Positions 47,048-57,870 of a stretch of DNA of 64,000 nucleotides are shown in pieces (positions within the stretch are counted from its first letter, which is position 1; every line of letters begins with the position of its first letter). Made by a program: the position numbers and the translations under genes. Source of the DNA: an uncultured Acidobacteriota bacterium (lineage in GTDB: Bacteria > Acidobacteriota > UBA6911); the NCBI GenBank assembly GCA_963843575.1, contig CAWJKZ010000010.1, forward strand, positions 1 to 64,000, written 5' to 3'. The notes below the pieces were generated by a model. The model had not been told where the DNA came from, did not search any database, and saw only the letters and a program-made list of their open reading frames with translations.

Positions 47048-48397
47048 ATGGGAATCATGAGAACACGATCGAGTTCCAGGGCGAGCCAGCGCCTAACCTG
47101 GTGGATAATGGCCACTTCCCTGCTATTCGTCCTGCTGGCGGGAGGGTGTTCCCAGGGTGAGGCTCCCGGCAAGAAGAGCAAGGGGAGGCCGGGGGCGCCG
47201 GGCGCACCAGGCGCGGGGCGGCCGCCCGTCCAGGTGCAGGTGGCCACGGTGCAACGGATCTCCATGCAGCGGCAGGTCGATCTCGCGGGTACCCTGATCT
47301 CTCCCGACAGCGCCAGGGTCAGCAGCGAGGTCGCGGGCGTCGTGCGTGAAATCCTGGTCGAGATGGGCCAGGACGTCCGGCCGGGACAGGTCCTGGTCCG
47401 GCTGGACCCGAGGGAACTGCAACTCGCGCTGACCCAGGCGGAGGGGAACCTCCACCAGACGGAGGCGCAGCTCGGGATCGACGGCGTGAACGTCAAGGAG
47501 CCCCCCGCCGGACGAGCAGATCGCGGTGGTGCGGACGGCGGCGGCCAACCGCGACGACGCAAGGGCCCAGCTGGCGCGCGCCGAACGCCTGATCAAACAG
47601 CACCTCCTGGCGCAAGCCGACCTGGAAACGGCGGTCACCCGTGTCAAGGTCACGGAGGCCGCCTACCAGACCGCCCTGGAGACCGTGCAGAGTCTGAAAG
47701 CCACCCTGAAGCAGCGCCGCGCCGCGGTGGAGCTGGCTCAGAAGAAACTGGCCGACGCAGCGATCCGGGCGCCGGTGGCCGGTTCGATATCGGAGCGGCT
47801 GGTGCAGCCCGGCGAGTTCATTCGCGAGAACACCCCGGTCATCAACATGGTCCAGATGCACCCGCTCAAGCTCAAGACTGCGGTGCAGGAACGGTATGCC
47901 GCGCCTCATCCGGCCGGGTCTGGCGGTCAAGTTCCAGGTCGAGTCTTTCCCGGGCGAAACCTTCACCGGCAAGGTGGGATTCGTCAGCCCGGCCGTGGAC
48001 CAGGCGACGCGGACGTTCACGGTCGAAGTGCTCGTCGAAAACCTGCAGCGACGGCTGAAACCGGGATTCTTCGCCAAAGGCGCGATCGACACCATACTCG
48101 ACCAGAATGTAATGGCGGTCCCGGAAGACGCGGTGTCGGTCCTGGCCGGCGTCTCGACCGTTTACGTCATCGAAGCAGGCAAGGTCCGGCAGCAGATCGT
48201 GGGAATCGGCGCCCGCCAGGGGAACCTGCTCGAGATCACGAGTGGCCTCAAGGGAGACGAGCAAACTGGCGGCCAGCAATCTCTCGCAGCTGGCCACCGG
48301 GGTGCAGGTGAGCACCGGGGCCGTCGATGCCACGGCCTCGCCCGGTCCCGGGCGGCAGGGGCGCGAGCGGCGCGCCGATGAAGGAGTCCGGCCATGA
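47048..48397 (+). CDS. RND efflux periplasmic adaptor (lipoprotein-like); three frameshifts
   Basis: LAGGC, VSSEVAGVV, IRAPVAG, LKPGFFA, SGLKGDE. Confidence 0.85.
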
Positions 48398-51300
48398 GTC
48401 TGGCAGACATCAGCATAAGACGACCCGTATTCGCCTTCATGATGACCGCGGCACTGGTCGTGCTCGGCCTGTTCTCGTACCGGGAGCTTGGACTCGACCT
48501 GATGCCCAAGACCGACTACCCGGTCGTGACCGTGCGCACTAGCCTGCCCGGGGCCAGCGCCGAAGAAATCGAAACGCAGATCACCAAGCCGGTCGAGGAA
48601 GCCGTCAATACCATCGCCGGCATCGACGAACTGCGGGCGAGTTCGGACCAGGGGCAGTCGCACTGCTTCATCACGTTCGTCCTCGAAAAGAGACATCGAA
48701 ACCGCAGTCCAGGACGTGCGCGACAAGGTAGCGACCATCGTCGCCCGCTTCCCGCGGGACACGTTGCCCCCGGTCATCCAGAAGATCGACCCCGACGCCG
48801 CCCCGATTCTGACCATCGTGATCTCCGGCGAGCGTTCGCAGAAGGAAATCACCACCATCGTCGACAAGCAGATCAAGCAGGTCCTCGAGACCGTAAAGGA
48901 CGTGGGCGAGGTGTTGTTCCTGGGCGAGCGCCGGCGGGAGATCCAGCTCCTGCTGAACGCGGATCGGCTGAACGCCTACGGGTTGACGGTCGACCAGGTC
49001 CGGCAGGCGGTGCAGAGGCAGAACGTCGAAGTCCCAGGCGGTTCGTTCATCGCCGGGCCGACCGAGATCGCCCTGCGGACAATGGGACGCATCCACGACA
49101 CCGTCGATTTCAATCGCATCATAATCGCCTACCGGGACGGTTCGACGATCACGTTCGGCGACATCGGGCGCGTGCTCGACACGGTCGAGGAGGTCCGCGG
49201 CCTTTCAAGACTCGATGGCAATCCCGCCGTCTCTCTGATGATCCGAAAACAGTCGGGCACCAACACCGTCACCGTCGTCGACGCCGTTATGGCCCGACTC
49301 GATCGGTTGAAAGACAACGCCTGCCGTCGGACATCCGAATACAGACCACCCGCGACCAGTCCCGCTTTATCCGCCGTTCGGTTCAGGATATCCAGCACCA
49401 CTTGGTGCTGGGTGGACTCCTGGCCAGCCTCGTGGTCTTCCTTTTCATGCGGAACCTCCGGACCACGATCATCGCCGCACTGGCCATCCCGGCGTCGATT
49501 ATCGGGACCTTCACATTTATGAAGGCGTTCGGTTTCACGCTCAACAACATGACCATGCTGGCGTTATCGCTGGCGACGGGGATCGTGATCGACGACGCCA
49601 TCGTGGTGCTGGAAAACATATTCCGTTACATCGAGGAGAAGGGCGTTGCTCCCAGGGAGGCGGCCGGAAAGGCGACAAACGAAATCGGCCTCGCGGTGAT
49701 GGCGACGACGTTTTCGCTCGTCGTCATCTTCCTTCCGGTCGCGTTCATGACCGGCCAGGTGGGTCGCTATTTCTTCAGCTTCGGCATTGCCTCCGCGGCC
49801 GCGATCCTGATCTCGATGTTCATCTCGTTTACCCTGACGCCCGCACTCTGCTCGATCTGGCTGCGTCCCTCCGATGCGGGAGGGCACAAGAAGTCCTCAA
49901 AATCGCGCGGCTTCTACGCGTTTATCGACCGCACCTACGGCCACATGCTGGTGTGGAGCCTGCGCCACAGGCTTGTCATGGTCATTGTCGCCCTGGCGGT
50001 CGTCCTTTCCGCCTGGGTGCTTTTCCCGCGCGTCGGCAGGGAACTGGTGCCAGACGACGACCAGAGTGAGTTCAGCGTGAACGTCCGGCTTCCGAAAGGG
50101 ACCAGCTTTCAGCGCACGGAGGAGTACTGCGCCGACATCGAGAAAGACCTGCGCAGTCTGCCCGAGGTCCAGACCGTCCTGGCCAGTGTCTATGCCGGGT
50201 CGGCCAATTACTACCTGGGTCTGACGCCGCTCGAGAATCGCAAGATTTCACAGCAGGAGTTGATGCGGCGCGCCCGAGTCTTCCTGCGGAAGTACCCCGG
50301 CGCGCGGATCGGCGTCTCCGGCGGCACGGACATATCCGGCGCTTCGACCGCAGGAGGGGGGCGTGGCGGCGGGGGCGGCGGTGCAGGGTCCAACCGGTTG
50401 CAGCTGCTGATCCAGGGTCCGGAAATCGAGCAGCTGCAGAAGTACATAACGGAACTGATGACGACAGTCCGCACAATCCCGGGACTCGTCGATGTCGACA
50501 CGAACTTCGAGCCGACCCAGCAGGAACTGCGGGTCAACATAGACCGGCCCCGGGCCGCCGATCTCGGCGTGGCCATCGACTCGCTCGCCTCCAGCCTGCG
50601 CGTCCTGGTCGGTGGGCAGGAGGTCTCCAAGTACAAGGACGGGGATGAACAGTACGTGGTCAGGCTCCGGCTGGACGAGCAGTTCCGAAACGACCCCACG
50701 AAAATGGGCGAACTGCTGGTGCCGTCGAGCACCCAGAAGGTAGTGCGCGTCAGCGATGTCGCCCAGCTCGGGCTCGAGTTCGGCCCCGCGGCGATCGACC
50801 GGTACAACCGCCAGCGGCAGATATCGCTGAGCGCGAACCTGGACGGGATTCCACTCGCCGAGGCCGTCGCCGCCACGCGGATCAAGGTGGAAGAGCTGCA
50901 CTTGAAACCGGGCTACCAGGCGGTGTTCGGCGGGTCGGCGCGCACCCTGGACGAGGCCTCCAGCGACTTCGTCCTGGCCATCGTCCTGGCCGTCGCCTTC
51001 ATCTACATGGTGCTGGCCTCCCAGTTCAACAGCTTCGTTCACCCGCTTACCATCATGACCGCGCTCCCGCTGAGCCTTCCGGCCGGGTTGCTCGCCCTGA
51101 TGGCCTTCGGGATGACCCTGAACGTCTACAGCGCGATCGGGATGATGATGCTGTTCGGCATCGTGAAGAAGAACTCGATCCTGCAGGTGGATTACACCAA
51201 CACGCTCCGCGCCCAGGGCATGGAGCGGCACGAGGCACTCATCGCCGCGAACCACGTCCGCCTGAGGCCCATCCTGATGACCACGATCTCCATCATCGCG

Positions 51301-51534
51301 GGCATGCTGCCGATCGCGTTCGGGCGCGGCGCGGGGGCGGGCTCGCGCGCGTCGATGGCGGTGACGATCATCGGCGGCCAGGTGCTCTGCCTGCTGCTGA
51401 CCCTGCTCATCACGCCGGTCGTTTATTCCTACTTCGACGACCTGCGCGAGTGGAGCCCCTCGCGGCTGTTTGGCTGGGCCCGCCGCGCAGTGCGGCCCGC
51501 CACGCGGGCCGCTTCGGAAGAAAGCGGCTCCTGA
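48394..51534 (+). CDS. RND efflux permease (AcrB/AcrD/AcrF family); two compensating frameshifts near 48690 and 49315
   Basis: SIRRPVFA, GIVIDDAIVVLEN, GIVKKNSIL, RLRPILMTT. Confidence 0.93.
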   Translation: MSLADISIRRPVFAFMMTAALVVLGLFSYRELGLDLMPKTDYPVVTVRTSLPGASAEEIETQITKPVEEAVNTIAGIDELRASSDQGQSHCFITFVLEKRHRNRSPGRARQGSDHRRPLPAGHVAPGHPEDRPRRRPDSDHRDLRRAFAEGNHHHRRQADQAGPRDRKGRGRGVVPGRAPAGDPAPAERGSAERLRVDGRPGPAGGAEAERRSPRRFVHRRADRDRPADNGTHPRHRRFQSHHNRLPGRFDDHVRRHRARARHGRGGPRPFKTRWQSRRLSDDPKTVGHQHRHRRRRRYGPTRSVERQRLPSDIRIQTTRDQSRFIRRSVQDIQHHLVLGGLLASLVVFLFMRNLRTTIIAALAIPASIIGTFTFMKAFGFTLNNMTMLALSLATGIVIDDAIVVLENIFRYIEEKGVAPREAAGKATNEIGLAVMATTFSLVVIFLPVAFMTGQVGRYFFSFGIASAAAILISMFISFTLTPALCSIWLRPSDAGGHKKSSKSRGFYAFIDRTYGHMLVWSLRHRLVMVIVALAVVLSAWVLFPRVGRELVPDDDQSEFSVNVRLPKGTSFQRTEEYCADIEKDLRSLPEVQTVLASVYAGSANYYLGLTPLENRKISQQELMRRARVFLRKYPGARIGVSGGTDISGASTAGGGRGGGGGGAGSNRLQLLIQGPEIEQLQKYITELMTTVRTIPGLVDVDTNFEPTQQELRVNIDRPRAADLGVAIDSLASSLRVLVGGQEVSKYKDGDEQYVVRLRLDEQFRNDPTKMGELLVPSSTQKVVRVSDVAQLGLEFGPAAIDRYNRQRQISLSANLDGIPLAEAVAATRIKVEELHLKPGYQAVFGGSARTLDEASSDFVLAIVLAVAFIYMVLASQFNSFVHPLTIMTALPLSLPAGLLALMAFGMTLNVYSAIGMMMLFGIVKKNSILQVDYTNTLRAQGMERHEALIAANHVRLRPILMTTISIIAGMLPIAFGRGAGAGSRASMAVTIIGGQVLCLLLTLLITPVVYSYFDDLREWSPSRLFGWARRAVRPATRAASEESGS

Positions 51535-51657
51535 CCCTGCAAGGACGCCGGTGCTCCCGCACCGGCGTCCGCCGCCTGCTCGTCCAGCCACACGATCACA
51601 CTGGGTCCCGCACGCGCATTGTGGTAAATCTAGATCTTCACAATCCCGGCGCGCACG

Positions 51658-52659
51658 ATGCGAGACAAGATCTACCTGGTCGGATTCCTGCTGATTGCCG
51701 GCTTGCTGCTCTTCCTCGGGCGCGACCTGATCCAGAGATCGGTCATGGTCGCCTGGGCCGTGACCTTCGGTGGCACGACCGCGGTCGCGTTCTTGCTGGT
51801 CGCGCTGTATCGCTTCCGGCTCGAGCTTCAGGCGAGCCGTCATGAGCTGGCCCGCAAGGAAGCCGAGCTCAGCTTCGCGCTCAAGGTGCAGCAGGCCCTG
51901 TTCCCTCGCCGGTTCCCGGAAGGTTACGGACTCGAGTTTTCGGCCACCTGCATACCGGCGCGCGGCATCAGCGGCGACTATTACGACGTGCTGGAAATGG
52001 CCGACGGCCGCCTTGTGTTTGCCATTGCCGACATCAGCGGCAAAGGCATCTCCGCCGCGATCCTGATGGCGAACCTGCAGGCGCTGCTGCGCGTCGTCGT
52101 CTCGGACACGTTGTCGCCGAGCGAAATCTGCCGGAGGCTCAACTTCCACTTTCACCAGGTCACCGACTCCTCGCGGTTCGCGACGTTTTTCTACGCGGAG
52201 TGGACACCCTCGACGCGGAGCCTGCGCTACGTCAACGCGGGCCACAATCCGCCGGTTGTCATGGGTTCGCTCAAAGGCCGGACCCTGGATGAAGGCGGGA
52301 TCCCCCTCGGGGTCATGCCGGAGTACAGATACGAGACGGGCGAGGCGATCTTGGAGGCCGGCGACCTCCTGGTGCTGTACTCGGACGGGATCACGGAAGC
52401 CGGCCTCAACTCCGGACACGAGTTCGGCGAGGAACGGTTGAAGACGCTCGTTTCGGAACTATCCGAGAAACCGGTCGCGGAAATCCAGCAGCGGTTGATC
52501 GAGGCGGTCCGTGCCTGGACGCGCCGTGAATTGGAAGACGACGTCACCCTGGTAATCGTACGGGCCATACCGCAGCCGGGGAACGCGATCGCAGCCTATG
52601 CCTCGAGCCTTAGTTCCGGCCACCCCGCCTCGCGGGCGGCAGGACGGGAGACGTTATGA
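51658..52659 (+). CDS. Membrane-anchored PP2C/SpoIIE phosphatase
   Basis: SGDYYD, ADISGKG, NAGHNP, YSDGITEA, DDVT. Confidence 0.93.
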   Translation: MRDKIYLVGFLLIAGLLLFLGRDLIQRSVMVAWAVTFGGTTAVAFLLVALYRFRLELQASRHELARKEAELSFALKVQQALFPRRFPEGYGLEFSATCIPARGISGDYYDVLEMADGRLVFAIADISGKGISAAILMANLQALLRVVVSDTLSPSEICRRLNFHFHQVTDSSRFATFFYAEWTPSTRSLRYVNAGHNPPVVMGSLKGRTLDEGGIPLGVMPEYRYETGEAILEAGDLLVLYSDGITEAGLNSGHEFGEERLKTLVSELSEKPVAEIQQRLIEAVRAWTRRELEDDVTLVIVRAIPQPGNAIAAYASSLSSGHPASRAAGRETL

Positions 52660-53183
52660 AGATAGGCGGCCACCGGATGCGGGAGCACCTCAGGCTGCTC
52701 GCACCCGAGTTTGCCCTCATATTCGCTGTGTGGGCGCTGCGCTGGCTCCTGTCGCTGGCCGGAGCCGCAGGCTGGGTCGTGCGGCTGAGCAGCGTGACCG
52801 CCGCGACGGCGCTCGCGATCGTGCTGGCCACGGTTCGGATGCACTGGCGGGCGTTCGGCGGCTATGCCAACGTGGTCGTCGTCAGTTTCCTTCTCAACGT
52901 CTGGTCGGAAGTGCTGATCGTGGTGGCTGTCGCCTTCTCCGTGCTCGCCGGCATCGAGAACATCTACACTGCCCCGGAGTATTCCGTGCCGGGCGAAGAC
53001 ATAATGCACTACGTCCACATTCGGGCCCACCTCACCTTCGGAATTGGGGTAGGGACCCTCGAGGGCGCTGCCATGGGTTGCCTGTTGTTGTGGCTGATAA
53101 GGGCATGGATCCCGGCCCCTTCCGGTCGGGCGACGGGCGCCGCGGCCGGCGAGACGACCTCGAAGCGTCAGGGAGGCGAATGA
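52656..53183 (+). CDS. Hypothetical membrane protein
   Basis: About four TM segments; ATGA overlaps on both sides. Confidence 0.75.
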   Translation: MKIGGHRMREHLRLLAPEFALIFAVWALRWLLSLAGAAGWVVRLSSVTAATALAIVLATVRMHWRAFGGYANVVVVSFLLNVWSEVLIVVAVAFSVLAGIENIYTAPEYSVPGEDIMHYVHIRAHLTFGIGVGTLEGAAMGCLLLWLIRAWIPAPSGRATGAAAGETTSKRQGGE

Positions 53184-54586
53184 CCAAAAAGCCGGTCGGC
53201 CTGCTGCAAGTGTTCGGTCCCTGGCTGGCAGCAGCGCTCATTGCGGCCGCCTGCTGCGCCGTGGCGCTGGCGCTGGAACCGCGCTGGCTCTCGGGCTACC
53301 GCACGTACCCGATCGCCGTGGTGACGGTTGCCGTCGGTGCCGCGGTCGTCCGCGTCACGGGCTACCTTCTCTTCGATGTCCTCTTCCGCAAGCGCAAAGG
53401 GCGGGAGGCACCCGACATACTGCGCTTTGTCGTGTCGGTCGTCGGTTATTCGGCGCTGTTCGTCATTGTCTTCAGCTTCGTCTTCAACCGGCACCTCACC
53501 GGGGTGCTGGCGACCTCCGCGGTCGTCAGCGTGATCATAGGGCTGGCTCTGCAGGACACCCTCGGCAACTTCTTCGCGGGCCTTTCCCTGCACATCGAGC
53601 AGCCGTACCACATCGGCGACGCTATCCGTATGGGAGACATGCTCGGCCGCGTCGAGTCGGTAACGTGGCGGACGACGGCATTCCGCACCACGAACAACAG
53701 TCTGATCATCGTCCCCAACAGCCGCATTGCGCGTGAGCCGATAGAGATTTACGCGTTCGAGAGCGAAACGCGCCGGGTCCTGCGCATCCCCGCCCCCTAT
53801 TCCGCGAGCCCGCAGAGGGTGATCTCGGTTGTGCGCGACGCGCTCAAGGCGGTTCCGGGCATGGCGCCCGCGCGGGCGCCGACGATCCGCGTCGGCGACT
53901 TCGCGGATTCCAGCGTCACCTACGAAGTGCTCTACTGGGTAACAGACCACATGGTTGCCTCCGAGATCGACGCCGTGGTACGCGAGCGCCTCTGGTACGC
54001 CTTCCGCCGTGCGGGTCTGGACATTCCCTTCCCCACGCGGCACGTCTCGATTCAACGGGTTCCTCCCCGGACGGCGCAGGCGGGGCAAGCCCCCGAGGGG
54101 GTCATCGCCGCAGTCCCGATCTTCGCGCCCCTCAGCGCGCAGGAGCGGCAGCAACTGGCCGACTCGGCCGTTAGAGTTGTCTACGCCCCCGGCGAACAGG
54201 TCCTGCGGCGCGGCGACGAAGGCGACTCGATGTTTGTCATCCTCAGGGGACGCGCAGAGATAGTCCTGCCGGGAACCGGAGGGCAGACGCAGCCCATGGC
54301 CCTTCTCGAACCCGGCGACTTTTTCGGGGAGATGGCGCTGCTCACGGGGGAGACCCGGACCGCGGATGTCCGAGCGCGGGATGAGCTGGAGCTGCTGGAA
54401 ATAAGCAAGGCCGCCCTGGAACCGCTGTTGCGCGCAAACCAGCAGCTGGCCGGCGGATTCAGCCAGATCCTCGCCGAACGGCAGGCGCGTCTGACGGAGT
54501 TCGCCCAAGCCATGCCCGAACAAGAGGCGCACGCGGAAAGCAACACCATCCTGAACCGGATCAGGCGTTTCTTCAGCCTGCGCTGA
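53180..54586 (+). CDS. MscS-family channel with C-terminal cNMP-binding domain (bCNG-like)
   Basis: GLALQDTLGNFFAG, VPNS, IPFP; GDFFGEMALL..RTADV. Confidence 0.92.
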   Translation: MTKKPVGLLQVFGPWLAAALIAAACCAVALALEPRWLSGYRTYPIAVVTVAVGAAVVRVTGYLLFDVLFRKRKGREAPDILRFVVSVVGYSALFVIVFSFVFNRHLTGVLATSAVVSVIIGLALQDTLGNFFAGLSLHIEQPYHIGDAIRMGDMLGRVESVTWRTTAFRTTNNSLIIVPNSRIAREPIEIYAFESETRRVLRIPAPYSASPQRVISVVRDALKAVPGMAPARAPTIRVGDFADSSVTYEVLYWVTDHMVASEIDAVVRERLWYAFRRAGLDIPFPTRHVSIQRVPPRTAQAGQAPEGVIAAVPIFAPLSAQERQQLADSAVRVVYAPGEQVLRRGDEGDSMFVILRGRAEIVLPGTGGQTQPMALLEPGDFFGEMALLTGETRTADVRARDELELLEISKAALEPLLRANQQLAGGFSQILAERQARLTEFAQAMPEQEAHAESNTILNRIRRFFSLR

Positions 54587-54639
54587 CCTCGCCCGGGCTT
54601 TCGCTGAATATCGAGCCGGCGGCGGCCGATGAGGACAGC

Positions 54640-54864
54640 ATGGAGTCGAATCCTCTCCGGGCGGGACACGTCGCCTGCTGCCGATGCCAGTATTACAGGG
54701 TCACCTGGGACCCGGCACATCCCTTCGGTTGTGCGGCCCATCGGTTCAAGTCGGCGCGCAACCCCGCCCTCACCGTATATCAGAGCTCGGGACTACAGTG
54801 CCAGCTGTTCCGGCACCGCGCGGAGGGCGCCCCCCCTCCACCGCACCGCCAGAGTGTGCGGTAA
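54640..54864 (+). CDS. Small Cys-rich protein (CxxC..VTWD..GC..FKS..SSG.C family)
   Basis: GAGGA RBS, 74 aa with a recognisable 4-Cys pattern. Confidence 0.7.
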   Translation: MESNPLRAGHVACCRCQYYRVTWDPAHPFGCAAHRFKSARNPALTVYQSSGLQCQLFRHRAEGAPPPPHRQSVR

Positions 54865-55000
54865 GTCCACCGCAACGTCGCGATTCGCTCGGGAGATTGA
54901 CTTGGCGCAACGTCCCGAGCCGAGCGGTGATTGGGCGACTGGAAGGCCTGTCGATTTCTCCGACACCGGCCGCCTGGGAGTCAGGCTAATTGGGCGAGCT

Positions 55001-55209
55001 TTTTTTCAGGACGCGGATGCTCGCAGATCTCCACAGATCGACCTAGCGACAGGCCGCGTCGGGCGTTTTCCGGCGGGGCCCGGAAAGCCCTGTGTGCCCA
55101 AGGCAGTCCTCCCTGTGGCATGCCGGACGCGGCCGATCCGCGTGAATCCGTTGGATCCGCGGAATCGGCGTACTGTTTTGGCTGTTATCTTTCATCGCCC
55201 GTGCTGTTC
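55001..55209. repeat. Family B repeat, copy 2, with an internal insertion of about 80 bp
   Basis: aggacgcggatgc..cgacctagcgacaggccgcgtc and ccgatccgcgtgaatccgttggatccg shared with 21263-21390. Confidence 0.8.
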
Positions 55210-55288
55210 ACAAATGCGCTGGCAAACCCATGCAACAGGCTGGTCCTCGGCTCGATAGGCGCGGTCGAGCGTGCGCGGCCAGCATCGA

Positions 55289-55312
55289 GGCGCCGAGGCG
55301 TCGCCGCACTCC
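55289..55312. repeat. Degenerate REP copy
   Basis: ggcgccgaggcgtcgccgcactcc. Confidence 0.55.
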
Positions 55313-55315
55313 GGG

Positions 55316-56215
55316 TCAGCCCAGGGCGGTGCGGACTTCGTCGAGGAAGCGGGGGAGCCTCTCCCGCGCATCCCCTTCGAGGATCTCCAGGGGGATGTAA
55401 CCACGGTATTTCGCTTCCCGCAGTATGGCGACGATCTTCTTGAGATCGGTCCGCGTCTGCCTGCCGTTGATGACGAGTTGCTCCTTGACTTGCCAGGTGA
55501 TCGCATAGGGCGCGACCCGGGCGATATCCTGGTAGGGATCGGCCGTGCGGAAGCTGCCGATGTCCAGGTCGACGCCGAACCATTCGGAGTCGACGTCGCG
55601 CAGCACCCGAAGCACGTCGTCAGCCTTCTGGATCAGGTCGGCGTGGTTCTGCAGCGCGATCATCACCCCGTGCTGCTTTCCCGCCTCGGCGCAGCGGCGG
55701 GTGCACTCGGCGACCCAGCCGTACGTCTCCTTTTCGGAATGCCCTTCGGGCACACCCTTCCCGGAGAAGACCCGCAGCACGGGGGCACCCATCCGTGCTG
55801 CGCAGCGCACCCAGTCGGTCACGAGGTCGACGTCGGCGGCGCGGCGCGCGGCCTCAGGCTGGGTAAAATCGTTCCTCACGCCGGTGCCGCTGATGTCGAG
55901 TCCCAGCAGGAACGCCTTTTTCTTGATGTGGTAGACATAGTCGTCGGCCGGAGTGCGCGGGTAGGTGCCGAAGTAATACCCGGTCGGGTCAACCGCGGCA
56001 AAGCCCACCCGTGCGCAGAATTCCAGCACTTGGTCCAGAGTCATCTCCCCGCGGGTAAGCGGGCCGTTGAACGAAAAGACGTTGCAGCTCAGCTTGATGT
56101 TCGGGCCCCCCGTCCGGGGCACCTTCGACTGGGGCGAGGACGGACCGGCAGCAAACCCGAAGGCAGCCGGGACGACGGTGTACCGCAGAAAGCCTCTTCG
56201 GTGCAGTGCAGTCAT
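55316..56215 (-). CDS. Tat-exported sugar phosphate isomerase/epimerase (TIM barrel)
   Basis: RRGFL Tat motif, LQNH, LDIGSF, YRGYIPLE. Confidence 0.88.
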   Translation of the reverse strand: MTALHRRGFLRYTVVPAAFGFAAGPSSPQSKVPRTGGPNIKLSCNVFSFNGPLTRGEMTLDQVLEFCARVGFAAVDPTGYYFGTYPRTPADDYVYHIKKKAFLLGLDISGTGVRNDFTQPEAARRAADVDLVTDWVRCAARMGAPVLRVFSGKGVPEGHSEKETYGWVAECTRRCAEAGKQHGVMIALQNHADLIQKADDVLRVLRDVDSEWFGVDLDIGSFRTADPYQDIARVAPYAITWQVKEQLVINGRQTRTDLKKIVAILREAKYRGYIPLEILEGDARERLPRFLDEVRTALG

Positions 56216-56236
56216 GGGATTCGTCTCCGATAGTGG

Positions 56237-57742
56237 TTACTCGTCCAGGCGCGACGCGAGAATGTTCTCGAGGCGTTTCGGGTTGCGCCGCAGGTGGACG
56301 GTCTTCCCTTTGAGAACGTAGACCAGCCCGGCTTTCGCCCCTTTGGGCTTCTTCACGTCCTTTATCTGGGCGACGTGCACGTCGGCGCGTCCCGCGTTTT
56401 TCATCTTGGAGAAATGCACGGCAAGCTCGCACGCGTCCAGCACGGAATCTGGGGGCGGGTCCGAGCGGCCTTCGGTGCGCAAGACGACGTGGCTGCCCGG
56501 GTAACCTTCGAGGTGGAAGAACAGGTCGTTGCCCCGTGCCAGCCTGGTCGTGAGATAGTCGTTCCCCTCGTCGCTGCGTCCCACCCAGATTTCCAGCCCC
56601 TGTTCGGTCCTGTACCTCTTGGGCAGCAGGCGGCCGGGCACATCACTGCGTGTTTCGAGTCTCCCCCGCTTCTTTGGGGCGGGACCGGGCCGCCGGGAGG
56701 ATGGGTAGTACCGGGAAATCAGCCTATGTAATAGCGGATGAGCAGCGAGGGTCTCCAGTTCCTGCAGGTCCGGCACGCCGGGACCGCCAGCCCGGCGGAC
56801 CCTGTCGCGCAGCGCCTCCACTTTGCCGAGGGCGGCCTGGACGCTCGCCAACTGCTGCTCGATGGCCGACTCCCCGCGCAGCTCCTTCTGATACTTGCCG
56901 AAATATCGTTCGAGATTCGCCGACGGGGACAACGTGGGATCGAGTGGAATCGTGACCGTTTCGCCACTCTCGAAATCGGCAGCCGACACACTCGCGGCCC
57001 CGGGCTTGATCTCGTGCAAGACACTCTTGAGCAGCTCGCCCTGGCGCCGGTATTCCAGCGCCCTGCGCGCCTCCAGGAGGTCTTCCTGCAGGTGAACCGC
57101 CTTCTTCTCCAGGAAGGCCTGCTCCCTGGCAAGCGCGTTGTCCATCTGCCGGGACAGCGTCTCGCACCGGCGCACCGTTTCCAGCCGGCGATACGCGTCC
57201 TCGATCGACTCGAGGTAGGCGCCGTCCGGGACGTCCGCCCATCGGTCCGTCCCGGCGTCCCGGGCACGCGGCTCCGGATCGAGCCAGGGCGCGCCCAGCT
57301 GCAGTTCCCGTCGCGTCTCCTCGAGCGGACGCATGGCGTGGATTATCATCCCGCCTTCGTCCAGCAGGTAGGTGTTGCTCCTGGTCCCGAGCATCGACAG
57401 CAGCAGGGTGTAGCCCGCCCCTTCACGCCCCCTCAGCACGATGGCGGCCTGCCGTTCCTGGTCGGCAACGCGCACGTCCTCGACGACGCTGCGAAGCAGG
57501 TGGGCCCGCAAGTACTGGCCGAAGGAGAGCGGGACCGGGAGCTGTTCGGGGAATTCGGCGGCCGCGCTGACCCGGGCGAACTCGGGGCGGCAGGAGATCA
57601 GGATCGAGTAGCCTTCCGATGCGCCGCGGAAGGCCAGGTAGAGGCGGAATTCGTCCGCCTGGACCGCCCGGTGAAGCCGGGCGCCGGCGAGCCTGGACCT
57701 GAGGATGCCGGCTGCGCGCCTGAGCTCGGTGAGGCTCAGCAT
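56237..57742 (-). CDS. NFACT family protein (RqcH/FbpA-like)
   Basis: LGTRSN, LDPTLSPSANLERYF, VGRSDEGND, FH..GYPGSHVVL, VKKPKG. Confidence 0.9.
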   Translation of the reverse strand: MLSLTELRRAAGILRSRLAGARLHRAVQADEFRLYLAFRGASEGYSILISCRPEFARVSAAAEFPEQLPVPLSFGQYLRAHLLRSVVEDVRVADQERQAAIVLRGREGAGYTLLLSMLGTRSNTYLLDEGGMIIHAMRPLEETRRELQLGAPWLDPEPRARDAGTDRWADVPDGAYLESIEDAYRRLETVRRCETLSRQMDNALAREQAFLEKKAVHLQEDLLEARRALEYRRQGELLKSVLHEIKPGAASVSAADFESGETVTIPLDPTLSPSANLERYFGKYQKELRGESAIEQQLASVQAALGKVEALRDRVRRAGGPGVPDLQELETLAAHPLLHRLISRYYPSSRRPGPAPKKRGRLETRSDVPGRLLPKRYRTEQGLEIWVGRSDEGNDYLTTRLARGNDLFFHLEGYPGSHVVLRTEGRSDPPPDSVLDACELAVHFSKMKNAGRADVHVAQIKDVKKPKGAKAGLVYVLKGKTVHLRRNPKRLENILASRLDE

Positions 57743-57758
57743 GGGTGGCTCCACTCCC

Positions 57759-57868
57759 CGCTTTGGCAGCGGCGCCTCGGCGCCGCCTGCAGCAATCCTG
57801 GCGCCCAGGCGCCGGGCATTCCGGCCTTTGGACGTCGGTCAAAGCGGCGCCCAGGCGCCGCACTCCAG
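57759..57868. repeat. Composite REP element (REPIN-like)
   Basis: Inverted near-copy of 26178-26288. Confidence 0.85.
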
Positions 57869-57870
57869 AT

